Below are positions 8,909-18,800 of a stretch of DNA of 34,301 bases, in pieces. The notes beneath the pieces were generated by a model. That model was given only the letters and a program-made list of their open reading frames with translations. It did not search any database and was not told the DNA's origin. How positions within the stretch are numbered: position 1 is the stretch's first letter; the number at the start of each line of letters is the position of its first letter. The DNA is from a virus (lineage: Duplodnaviria; Caudoviricetes), in IMG/VR virus record IMGVR_UViG_3300010011_000001, positions 1 to 34,301 of that record; one strand, given 5' to 3'. A program made the position numbers and the translations under genes.

Positions 8909-8911
8909 GGC

Positions 8912-8940
8912 AAGGGGGCTTCACCGCCCCCTTAAAATTT
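8912..8940 (+). terminator. hairpin after the head genes (probable partial terminator)
   Basis: AAGGGGGC-TTCACC-GCCCCCTT followed by AAAATTT; the U-tract is weak. Confidence 0.55.
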
Positions 8941-8978
8941 AGGGAGGGATAAATTTTGGCGAAAGCGAGGATTAGCAG

Positions 8979-9947
8979 ATGGCCGTAACATCGGAATACC
9001 AGCCAGTCCGTCTAAAGGGTAACGGGACGACCGCAAGGTTCGACTTCCCGTTCCGCATATTCGCCAACACCGACCTGCAGGTCTATGTGGACAACGTGCT
9101 CCAGACGCTCGACATTCACTACGACGTGAAGTCGGATTTACTGTTGCCAGACGGCTCTGACTACAACTGGAGGAACGGCGGATACGTGCTTTTCAGAAAC
9201 GAGCATATCCCCCCGCAGGACGCCGAAGTAGTTATCCACAGGGTGATTCCGATCATGCAGCTGCTCGACCTCGAGGAAGGCGGGCCGCTGCCCCCCGAAG
9301 TGCTTGAGTCGGCGCTGGACAGGATGACATACATCGCCCAGCAGATAGACAATGCCGTGAAGCGGTGTTTGTCCTTCCCTATAACCACGGTCTACGACTT
9401 CAACTTCACCATGCCCACGCCGAGGCCGTACGCATTCTTGGGCATATCGGCCGACGGGACCACGTTTGCGCTCTACGACGAATACATACTGAAGCTTCAA
9501 TATTCGCCAGACATCGAGAACTGGTACGACGAAAGCGTGCCAGAAAGAAACGACAGATACGTGAGGATAAGCGTGGACGGCGGGCAGACGTGGGGGTCTC
9601 CCGTTGACATGAACGGGCTGCAGAGTATGGCTCTTGCCGAGACAAAGGCATACAAGGACGAGGCGGTTGAGGCTGCTGCCGTTGCACAGGATTCGGCTGC
9701 GAGGGCGTTCGGTGCCGCTGCCCCTGCGTGGAGCGCAGATGAGGTTTACAGCTTCCCTGACGTTGTAGCCTACGTCAACGGGCACACATACAGGTGCAAG
9801 GGAACAGGCGTTGACGCAAGCAACCCGCCAGTACTGAACGGCGAAGACAACGAAGAATACTGGACGAGGCTCACGCTTTCGCCAGTAGAGGTGATACCAA
9901 AGACGTTTTTTGAATATGACGATAACGGCGATTTAATGCCGATATAG
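8979..9947 (+). CDS. tail fibre proximal/adaptor protein (T7 gp17 N-terminal-like) with a carbohydrate-binding-module-like domain
   Basis: GNGTT.RFDFPFRIF...DLQVYV and LESALDR.T...QQ; AWSADEVY..PDVV.Y.NG.TY.C CBM5/12-like segment; ends FFEYDDNGDLMPI. Confidence 0.75.
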   Translation: MAVTSEYQPVRLKGNGTTARFDFPFRIFANTDLQVYVDNVLQTLDIHYDVKSDLLLPDGSDYNWRNGGYVLFRNEHIPPQDAEVVIHRVIPIMQLLDLEEGGPLPPEVLESALDRMTYIAQQIDNAVKRCLSFPITTVYDFNFTMPTPRPYAFLGISADGTTFALYDEYILKLQYSPDIENWYDESVPERNDRYVRISVDGGQTWGSPVDMNGLQSMALAETKAYKDEAVEAAAVAQDSAARAFGAAAPAWSADEVYSFPDVVAYVNGHTYRCKGTGVDASNPPVLNGEDNEEYWTRLTLSPVEVIPKTFFEYDDNGDLMPI

Positions 9948-9958
9948 GCGGTGATGAG

Positions 9959-10540
9959 ATGGGCAACATAGATTACACGAGCACCGTGATAGACATATGC
10001 AATCAGGCGTTGAGAGATATAGGCGAGATGCCTATCGTGTCTCTGGACGAGGCAAGCAAGGCTGCACGTGCATGCGCAGGGCTGTGGGATTCCGCAAGGG
10101 ACTTCACGCAGTCATTGCACGAGTGGCCCGAATGCTTGGCCCGCATGCAGCTTGTCGAGGCCGTACCTCCTCCTCCGTTCGGGTGGACGAAGAGGTTCCA
10201 GCTTCCCGTCGACTGCCTCCGCATCCTGTCGCTGCACGAGCATGACAACTACTTTGACGATTGGGAGATTGAGGGCAACACTTTATTAACTAACCATCAG
10301 TCGGCAAGCATCGTCTATATTAAGCGTAACAGTGATGCAGCGACATGGTCTATACTGCTTAAGCGGTGTGTGAGGTACAGACTTGCTTCAGACTTAGTCA
10401 TCCCGATAAATGCAAAACTCGAATACAAGCAGACATACGAGCAGCTGTTCTGGTCAACGCTTGCCATAGCCAAGGGGCGCACGCCGAGGAACAGGGGATT
10501 TGTGAACGTGAGCGACAGGTGGGTGAACAGGCGATGGTGA
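9959..10540 (+). CDS. tail tubular protein A / adaptor (T7 gp11-like)
   Basis: IDICNQAL..IGE..I.SLDE, FQLP.DCLRI, WEIEG..LLTN. Confidence 0.85.
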   Translation: MGNIDYTSTVIDICNQALRDIGEMPIVSLDEASKAARACAGLWDSARDFTQSLHEWPECLARMQLVEAVPPPPFGWTKRFQLPVDCLRILSLHEHDNYFDDWEIEGNTLLTNHQSASIVYIKRNSDAATWSILLKRCVRYRLASDLVIPINAKLEYKQTYEQLFWSTLAIAKGRTPRNRGFVNVSDRWVNRRW

Positions 10541-13119
10541 GCAGAAACATCACCAGGAGCCTGCTTACCAACTTCACGGCAGGCGAGTTCTCGCCTCGCA
10601 TCTACGGGCGTGTTGACTACAACAAGTACTTCAACGCAGCCAAGACCTTGCGCAATATGCTGGTCTTTCCTCATGGCGGGGTAACGAAGAGGCACGGAAT
10701 GGAGTTTATCGCCGAGACCAAGGACAGCAGCAAGAAGGCAAGGCTGGTCGAGTTCTCGTTTTCCGTCGTGCAGAAGTACATACTGGAATTCGGCGACCAG
10801 TATATTCGGTTTTACATGAACGGTGGGCAGATAATATATACTCCAGATCCCGAAAATCCCGACGAATTGGCACCGTACGAGATAGAGTCTCCTTATCTTG
10901 AAGAGGACTTGCCGTTGCTCAAGTTTGCACAGGATGCAGACGTGCTGTACATCGTTCACCCCGACTACCAGCCGATGCAGTTGATACGGCACGATCATGA
11001 TAGCTGGGAATTAATTCCATTCGAGACTAAGTTCGGCCCGGTGCTTGACATGAACACTACTGATACAACACTAACCCTTAGCTCGGTAAACGGTTCCGTT
11101 GGGCTTGTAGGGGAGTATGTTGACGTAACGGCAAGCGACGACGTGTTTGCGGAAGACGACGTTGGGCGATGGATAAAAATAGATTACTTCAAGGAAGGCT
11201 CAAGACTGATGAGCGGGCATTGGTCAGTAAACAGCGACCACGGTATTGTCTTTGGTCCAGCGAACATAGACGGGAAAATAACGGTTAAGTTTCGTGTAAC
11301 CACAGGGGGGTCTTTATTTTCGGTGGCGGTAGAGTATTCCGTGGACAGCGGGGCTACATGGAAAACATATTGCTCGTTTACAGGCGCAACACCTGGAATT
11401 GTGGATCAGGAAGACATAGAGCTTAGAGCCGAAGATTACAACTATACCGTGCCTAAAATAAGGATAAGACAAACATCGGTTCATTCAGGTTCTGATGCAA
11501 ATTTTGTTATGTCAGCACAATATGTTCCTGAATACAGAAGCGGGTATCTAAAAATTACCAGCTATACCGACGCTAAACATGTGCGATGCCAGGTCAAAAA
11601 AAGCGTGATGTTGCTTGGTACTCCATTAAGAGACTGGTATTTAGGCGCATTCGGCATCGTACCTGGTTGGCCTTATACTATTACATTCCATCAGGACAGG
11701 CTTTATTTTGGAGGCGTAGATCACGCTCCGCAGAAAATCTTCGGGTCAAGGATCGGCAAATATGATGATTTCGAGAGCGGTGCCGACGATGACATGGCTG
11801 TGTCTTTCGAGCTTGCCTCCAATGAAGTGAACGTAATCAGGTGGATTACGTCCAAGGGAGGCATTGTTGTTGGAACAGAAGGAGCCGAATGGATAATCAA
11901 CGCAGGTTCGGCCTCAACTCCGATAACGCCTTCCAACGTCTACGCCTCAAAGGAAACCACAATCGGCTCCAGTCAAATTCAGCCAGTGATACCAGAAGGG
12001 GCTGTCGTATATGTGCAGAATGGCGGGCACAATCTCCGTCAAATGCTCTACCAGTACATCAACGACAAATACACGGCCGTCGATTTGTCCCTACTTTCAG
12101 AACATTTGCTTAGGGACGCAGAGATCATCGACATGGATTTACAGACAAGGCCGTACACCACCATATGGTTAGTACTGTCCAACGGCATGGCTGTTGCCGT
12201 TACCATGCTGTCCGACGAACAGGTGCTTGCGTGGTGTCCGCAGGTTACGGACGGCGAGATAGAAAGCGTGCGGTGCTTGAACGAAGAAGTATGGTTTATC
12301 ACCAAGCGCATCATAAACGGGCAGACTAAGCGGTATGTTGAGCGCATCGTACCGTGGGATGAAACGCTGGCCAACATGGCATTCATGGACTGCTGGGCAC
12401 GATACACGGGCAGAACTGCTGTCATAACCGGCATCACGCAGGGCAACCCCCCCGTCGTTACCGCCCCAGACCACGGCTTCAGCAACGGCGATATGGTGCT
12501 CATATATGACGTAGAAGGCATGACACAAGTGAACAGGCGTGTGTTTAAGGTGCAGAACGCCACGGAGGATACGTTCGAGCTGTTTGACACAGACGCCTCT
12601 GGCTATTCGCCGTACACGGGTGGTGGCATCGTCCAGGCGTGCGCTCACGTCTTGAGCGGGCTTGACTACCTCGAGGGCAAGGAAGTGAACATCGTCTACG
12701 ACGGCCTCGTGCACCCGAACAAGACCGTATCTAACGGCACAATAGAGCTTGACGAGGGCATATGGGGAGGCAATATCAGGGTAGGGTTGCCATATGCGCC
12801 TGTAATCGAGACACTTAATCTTGAGATACCGATGCAGTCGGGTACGCTGCAGGGATTAACTAAACGGATCACGAAGGTGATCGCAAGGCTTTATAAGACA
12901 ATATCCATCAAGGCATCGTCCGACGGCGTGAGATTTGAGACATTGTCGTTCAGGGACACGGCAGGAGTATACGGCGGAGTTTATCCAGAGCTTTACACTG
13001 GCGACAAGACCATCGTGCTTCCGTCGGGCTTCAGTGCAGACCAGTACCTCTACATCACTCAGGACGAGCCGTTGCCGTTAACGCTTACAATGCTGATAGC
13101 GGAGATGGAGATAGAATGA
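10534..13119 (+). CDS. tail tubular protein B / nozzle (T7 gp12-like) with inserted FCCH-like domain
   Basis: TNFTAGE.SP...GRVD, P.GG..KR.G, LEFGD.Y.RFY, GWP....FHQDRLYFGG, GL.YLEG..V, QDEPLPLT; start at ATG 10534. Confidence 0.9.
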   Translation: MVSRNITRSLLTNFTAGEFSPRIYGRVDYNKYFNAAKTLRNMLVFPHGGVTKRHGMEFIAETKDSSKKARLVEFSFSVVQKYILEFGDQYIRFYMNGGQIIYTPDPENPDELAPYEIESPYLEEDLPLLKFAQDADVLYIVHPDYQPMQLIRHDHDSWELIPFETKFGPVLDMNTTDTTLTLSSVNGSVGLVGEYVDVTASDDVFAEDDVGRWIKIDYFKEGSRLMSGHWSVNSDHGIVFGPANIDGKITVKFRVTTGGSLFSVAVEYSVDSGATWKTYCSFTGATPGIVDQEDIELRAEDYNYTVPKIRIRQTSVHSGSDANFVMSAQYVPEYRSGYLKITSYTDAKHVRCQVKKSVMLLGTPLRDWYLGAFGIVPGWPYTITFHQDRLYFGGVDHAPQKIFGSRIGKYDDFESGADDDMAVSFELASNEVNVIRWITSKGGIVVGTEGAEWIINAGSASTPITPSNVYASKETTIGSSQIQPVIPEGAVVYVQNGGHNLRQMLYQYINDKYTAVDLSLLSEHLLRDAEIIDMDLQTRPYTTIWLVLSNGMAVAVTMLSDEQVLAWCPQVTDGEIESVRCLNEEVWFITKRIINGQTKRYVERIVPWDETLANMAFMDCWARYTGRTAVITGITQGNPPVVTAPDHGFSNGDMVLIYDVEGMTQVNRRVFKVQNATEDTFELFDTDASGYSPYTGGGIVQACAHVLSGLDYLEGKEVNIVYDGLVHPNKTVSNGTIELDEGIWGGNIRVGLPYAPVIETLNLEIPMQSGTLQGLTKRITKVIARLYKTISIKASSDGVRFETLSFRDTAGVYGGVYPELYTGDKTIVLPSGFSADQYLYITQDEPLPLTLTMLIAEMEIE

Positions 13120-13562
13120 GGATAATTGACTTCAAGCCAGAGCACTACAGAGAGATAGAGGAGATTTACTCGGAGCCGAAGCTTACCGATATCTTATTCG
13201 GGCAGGCTGACGAGATGGAGGCCGTGGCCAAAGCGGGGCCGTGCTGGACGCTAATCACCGACGACGGCAGAGTGATAGGGTGTGTCGGAATGACAATGCT
13301 GTGGCAGGGCGTTGGGCAGGCGTGGGCCGTGTTTTCGCCTCTCATAAAAGAGCATGGCGTTGCCGTATCGAGGGCGGTAAAGCGAATGATATCGCACGGG
13401 TTCGACGAATACGGCCTTGACAGACTGCAGGCGATAGTGTTGCCCGAGGAGGGTAGAAACATAAAGTGGGCCAGGTTTTTGGGGTTCGAGGAAGAAGGCA
13501 TCGCAAGGAAACTGGTCTACGGTAAGGACTTCCTCATCATGAGCATAGTGCGGAGGGGATGA
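13116..13562 (+). CDS. GNAT-fold virion assembly protein (T7 gp13 position)
   Basis: LWQGVGQAW, RLQA.V, WARFLGF.EEG motifs; conserved position after the nozzle gene. Confidence 0.7.
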   Translation: MRIIDFKPEHYREIEEIYSEPKLTDILFGQADEMEAVAKAGPCWTLITDDGRVIGCVGMTMLWQGVGQAWAVFSPLIKEHGVAVSRAVKRMISHGFDEYGLDRLQAIVLPEEGRNIKWARFLGFEEEGIARKLVYGKDFLIMSIVRRG

Positions 13563-13566
13563 GAAG

Positions 13567-14184
13567 ATGAGCGGAGCGCTTACGCCGTTCGTAATGGGCA
13601 CCGTGGGCGTGGCCATGAACTATCAGGCAGCTAGGGCACAGGCGCAGGCAATAAAGCAGCAGTCGGCGGCCGAGGCTCAGATGCTGCGCCAGAATGCCTA
13701 TTACTACGAGGCGGAAGCGCAGATGGCCCGCCAGAAGGCCCAATGGGACGAAGGGATACTGCGGGAGCAGATACGAAGCACGATGGGCGCACAGAAGGCA
13801 GCCTACGCAGCCAGAGGCGTGAGAATGACTGGGTCCCCCTTCGAGGTGATATCCGAAACGCTGATACAAGGTCAGAAGGATATACTGGCCGTGCGGTACG
13901 GCGGGGAATTGCAAGCGTACAAAGCCCTTGCCACTGCCGATATGTACAGGCAGAAGGCAGCCTATGTGCTTTCAGCAGGCGCAGCCACGGCAGGTACGCT
14001 GACGAGGACATCACTACTCTCATCGGGATTAAGCATTTACAACCTGTGGAACACCTACGGTCCGTTACAAAGGCAACCATTAGGATCGTCAGGTATGATT
14101 TCGTTGGGGACAATGACGCTCCCAAAGGGAATAGGTACGATCCCAGAACCAGAAAGCATAAGAATAACGGATTATCCAGGGTGA
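13567..14184 (+). CDS. internal virion/ejection protein (gp14-like)
   Basis: Ala/Gln-rich with G.Q.A.YAA.GV..TGSP motif; position in the operon. Confidence 0.7.
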   Translation: MSGALTPFVMGTVGVAMNYQAARAQAQAIKQQSAAEAQMLRQNAYYYEAEAQMARQKAQWDEGILREQIRSTMGAQKAAYAARGVRMTGSPFEVISETLIQGQKDILAVRYGGELQAYKALATADMYRQKAAYVLSAGAATAGTLTRTSLLSSGLSIYNLWNTYGPLQRQPLGSSGMISLGTMTLPKGIGTIPEPESIRITDYPG

Positions 14185-14188
14185 TGAC

Positions 14189-15802
14189 ATGGCTCAGATA
14201 AAGAGATACGAGAGGACGCAATCCATACCGCAGGTAAGCCCGGTACCCAGACAGCCATTCACCTACGACGACCTCGGCAAGATGTATCAGGTGAGGGCCA
14301 CTGGCATGGCACAGCTTGGCCAGCAGCTCGGCGAAATGGCACAGCAGCTTCACGAGCAGCGGAGCGCTGCGGAGATGGTATCGGCCAAGGCCACGGCAGA
14401 TGCCATGCTCACCGACTTCATGGCAGAGTTGCAGCGCAACCCTCAGGACTTCCAGAACTACGAGTCAAAGTTCCTCGAGAAGCAGAAGGAGGTGCTTGAC
14501 GCCGTATCGGCAACGTTCACGTCGAACGATGCCTACCGCAAGTTCACGCAGGAGTTCTGGCCTCTGTACGTGGAAAACCAGCGTGCTAGGGTGATACAGT
14601 TGAGCCTCCAGAAGGAGGCCGACTACACGGCAGGCAAGATGATAGAAAACATAGAGGCAGCCGTGAGGGCAGGAGATTTCGGCCAGCTCAACACGGCTAT
14701 TGGCATTGCCGAACAGTCAGGGCTAATTCCGCAGGAGACATTGGCAAAGCTTAAGATATCGGGGGAGGACGAGATAAAGACCAGTGTGGCAATGCGATCG
14801 ATACAGGATCAGCTTGCAGCAGGCAAGATACAGACGCCAGAGGATTGGGTGCCTCCAGACGAGATAAAGAGCATGCTCACAGAGATGGACTTATATACCA
14901 TGCGAAATCTCGTCAAAAGCGAACTTAACGAACGCAAGAGGCTTGAGGCCGAGCAGAAGGCGCTGTTACAGGAAGAGGCCGACAAGAAGCTCTTTGATAT
15001 ATGGCTCAAGCCAGGTGCGTATCCCGACAAGAATTACATCAAGCAGCTGGTCGATTCGGGTGTGTACACGTTGCCCGAGGGCCTAGCAAGAATAGATATG
15101 TTTGAGGCCAAGCGGAATGCGGAGATAAAGGCATACACGGACGGCCTCAGTTCATACGAAAAGCAGATGATGAAGCTTCAGATACCCGCATCGCAGAATG
15201 CACAGCTTTACAACGATTTCTTGAGGCGCATCAACACGGCCACTACCGAGAGAGAATTCTTTGAGATAGCGCAGGACTTGAACGCAGCCGATGCCTACGA
15301 CTGGATCACTCCGTTCCAGCGAACGGCACTGATCAACACGATGAAGTTCCAGTCCAAGGCTAAGGACAAAGCCGTGCTCAACACGTACAATACCATAAGG
15401 GACAGTTTGCAGTATGCGCTAAATATAAAGGCCGATGAGTTCCTAATTGATAAACCAGCCGTTTATACACAGCTTGCCAGATTTGATGACGTTGCTAGGT
15501 TAAGCAACTATGATCCCAAGACGATGGCGTCGGAGGCAAGAAAGATGCTGCTTTCTCTCCCAGACTGGAAGCTGTCGGCAACCGAAAAGGTATTCGGGCC
15601 AGATAAAAACAAACAGCAGGTTATTAACTGGTATAACGACGTGGTCAAATACTTTAGCGCAATAGAGATTGGAGAGGAGCCGCCAGAAGGATATGCACTC
15701 CCGCTACTTCCTAACTATCAGGCACTCCCCCAAGATGTCAGAGACATCATATACAAGAAGCAGAAGGAGATCGAGTCCCGACCCATGGGGCTGTGGAGAT
15801 AG
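14189..15802 (+). CDS. internal virion/ejection protein (gp15-like)
   Basis: Helical 537 aa; MAQI..YE...P N-terminus; position in the operon. Confidence 0.6.
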   Translation: MAQIKRYERTQSIPQVSPVPRQPFTYDDLGKMYQVRATGMAQLGQQLGEMAQQLHEQRSAAEMVSAKATADAMLTDFMAELQRNPQDFQNYESKFLEKQKEVLDAVSATFTSNDAYRKFTQEFWPLYVENQRARVIQLSLQKEADYTAGKMIENIEAAVRAGDFGQLNTAIGIAEQSGLIPQETLAKLKISGEDEIKTSVAMRSIQDQLAAGKIQTPEDWVPPDEIKSMLTEMDLYTMRNLVKSELNERKRLEAEQKALLQEEADKKLFDIWLKPGAYPDKNYIKQLVDSGVYTLPEGLARIDMFEAKRNAEIKAYTDGLSSYEKQMMKLQIPASQNAQLYNDFLRRINTATTEREFFEIAQDLNAADAYDWITPFQRTALINTMKFQSKAKDKAVLNTYNTIRDSLQYALNIKADEFLIDKPAVYTQLARFDDVARLSNYDPKTMASEARKMLLSLPDWKLSATEKVFGPDKNKQQVINWYNDVVKYFSAIEIGEEPPEGYALPLLPNYQALPQDVRDIIYKKQKEIESRPMGLWR

Positions 15803-15804
15803 CC

Positions 15805-18800
15805 ATGGACATTCAGCTTGAACGCAAGTATCCGAACGCAGCGGAGATAATAGGCGGATTACGCAGGGCAGGTTGGGACGACCTTGCTATAGAGAGATTT
15901 TTCACGTCCTTTGCCGAACAGAAGCGGTTCACTGGCTGGAGCGAGGACGACATCCGCAAATTCTTTGGCACCACTCCAGAGGTGAGCTATGACGTTCGGT
16001 CATTCACGCAGGAGAAGGCAAGGAAGGCATACGCCGACCTTTTCAACATAGACCTCACCCCCGCCAAAGACGACACGGACACGTTCCAGTCGCTGTTCGG
16101 CGTAATAAGGCAGACAAAGTCTCCATATACGGCAGTCGATCCCTTTTCGTTCGCCAACCAGCTGCTTTACCCAGCAGCCAAGTTTACCCACGAGGCCGTG
16201 GTAAAGCCAGCATTTGCGTGGAGCCAGCTGTCGTACAGGGTGGCCGACTGGATCGTGCCGGACGGCACAATGCTTGACGACTGGATAAAAAGGCAGCTGC
16301 AGTATTTTTCGTCTCCAGAAAGCACGACGACAGGCAGATATGTTGGGGCCGTGGAGCAGGCAAGGCGCAAGGCATACAGGGACATGGGCTTCCTGTGGGG
16401 ACTTGCCAATGACCTGTCCACCTATGCCATGGACTTCATGGGCATTATGGCCTCTTACATGATGTTCGGCGGAATGGCAAGGGCACCACATGTGATGGCA
16501 GAAAAAAATGCAATAGTGCCCACATTACAGCGAATAGTCGGATCGCACCCGCTGGCTGGCAAAGATCTGCTGTCGGTCGTGGCGGATCAGGCAAGAAACC
16601 CTGCACTGCGGTCGCTTTACCTGGGAGGATACACAAGCACGGCAAATCCGTTACTTGAGATAGCAAGGCGGGCTAAATTAACCGGTCTTCATGCATTCCT
16701 CACCACGCCTGGCGATTTAACCACCAGGGCCATGGCGGGGCTTTACAGGGTCTTTAACAACCTAACTCCATATGTGGCAGAGGCTACAGGGGCCACGGGA
16801 TACAATGCCGTCTTCAGGGACGCCATGCTCAATATATTCCTCACGTCTCCCTATTATTACGGCCTCTATAGGCGGCACGGCTTGAGCAAGGAGTTCGCAC
16901 AGGAGGCCTTGCCTCAGCTTGTCATGGACGTGGGCATGGCATGGAACACGAGAGGGAAACCAGAGGACATAGTTTTAAACGCCAACGCAAAGATACTGTC
17001 CAACATGCTCGATATCCCGCAGGATCAGGCAAGGAAGATACTTAAAAACAACATTGCAGAGTTTAATAAAGTAATGCAGACACAGGACGTGATAAGGGAA
17101 AACGAGCAGAAAGTGTTCGGGCTAACTAACGGCACGATAGAGGACGTCTACTTTAAGACCTCTGAGCAGGCAAGAGAGTTGGCCAAGCTTGCCTTGGACG
17201 AGGCACAGAGGGTCTATAAGACCGACAAGGATAAGCCGTGGCATATGCCGAGAGATGAGTTTGAACGCAGACTTGCAGAAGCCCGAACTGGCGCAGGCGA
17301 CGTGCAGGCAGCCAAGGCGCTGGCAGAAGAGGCGCTGCAATATTACAGGACGCTTTCAGTCATAGCCAACGAAGGCGGGATTAATGCCAAAGAGCTTGCA
17401 GCCAAGCTTGGCGATTATGCTGCAACCGAGATAAAAAGCCTGGAACAAAATGCCGTAAAGGACAAAGGCGGGACGGAGCTTGCAAGGATAGTCGAAGAGC
17501 TTAACAGGACTGGCGTACCCGTGAAGGACGAATTCGACCTGCTTGACAGGCTTAAAAATGTGCCAGCAATCGGCAGGGACGAAGCGCTTAAAATACTTGC
17601 AGGCGAGCAGACAGAAGCCGACCCAGTCGTGAAAAACCTGCACTACAACCTTGTCAGGGAAGCCATGGCAAGAGGAGAGATCCCGTCTCAAGAGGCGGTA
17701 AAGGAATATCCTGCACTTAGGGCAAGGCTTGCAGAGATGGCAAAGATACCGTCGATCGACGACATCAAAAAGACTCCCGAGATGCTTAAAAATATAGCCG
17801 CCGCCGTAGGCGATGCAGATTTGCTTACCGTAAAGAAGATGGCGTCCAAGACCTTGGGCCTGCCAGCAGAGGCAGCCAAGCGCCTTAACGACGTGCTAGA
17901 GGCCATAATAGACGATTTAGTCGATATGCCAACGGACGAGCGCATGATTGCGACAAGCAGGGTTGAGGTAGAAAGGCTGCTTGAGAGCCTGCGCATGCCT
18001 CAATCCGATATAGAGCGCATACCAGAGCCAGACAGAAGCAGAGTTGCCGATGCCGTGGCGGGCAAGATCGAGCCTACGTTATTGCCCGAGGAATGGCGTA
18101 CAATCATGAAGGAAGAGCCGTTTAATCCGAAGGTGAAAGACTTATTGGCCGTATACGAGGCAGCGCTAAAAATACGTGAAGACGGCATGGCAAGAAAGAA
18201 GGCGCTTGTCGAGGCACAGATGCAGGCACGAACACAGGCAGCAGCAGAGCTTGCCGACGAGATGCGCAGGCTTTACGGGGAGAAAAGAAAGCTGCAGGCC
18301 GAGGCCAAGGCACGCAAGGCCAAGGAGCTGTACATCAAAGAAAACGGCAATGAGATAGAGGAGCTGCGGGTGAAGGAGAACGCCTTCGGCATGGACGAAG
18401 CGCCGTCGTGGGTCAAAAAGATGGTCGGCAGGGAGGAGGCGTGGTTCGGCAGGCCGTCGAGGGTGTTCGATTTGCTGGACGGGTTCAAGAATTACATGGG
18501 CAAGATTCATCAGACCTTCATGGGCGGGGCAGACAGAGCCGAGAAGATGCGGTTTGAGATGTATTCGCCAAAGCGTGAGGCATTCCACAAGTTCATGGAG
18601 GACATCGGCATGAAGTTCACCGACTTGTCCAAGCCGTTCACGAGATTTTACATCGCCTCCGAGACGGGCGCACCCAAGACCGTTACGCTTGACCAGATGC
18701 TCAACATCGTTGCCCTGTGGGACAACCCTACGGGCAGGTACAGCGTGGAGCTGGAATATGGCCTCACCGAAAACGACATCGCACGGATAAGGCAGTCGCT

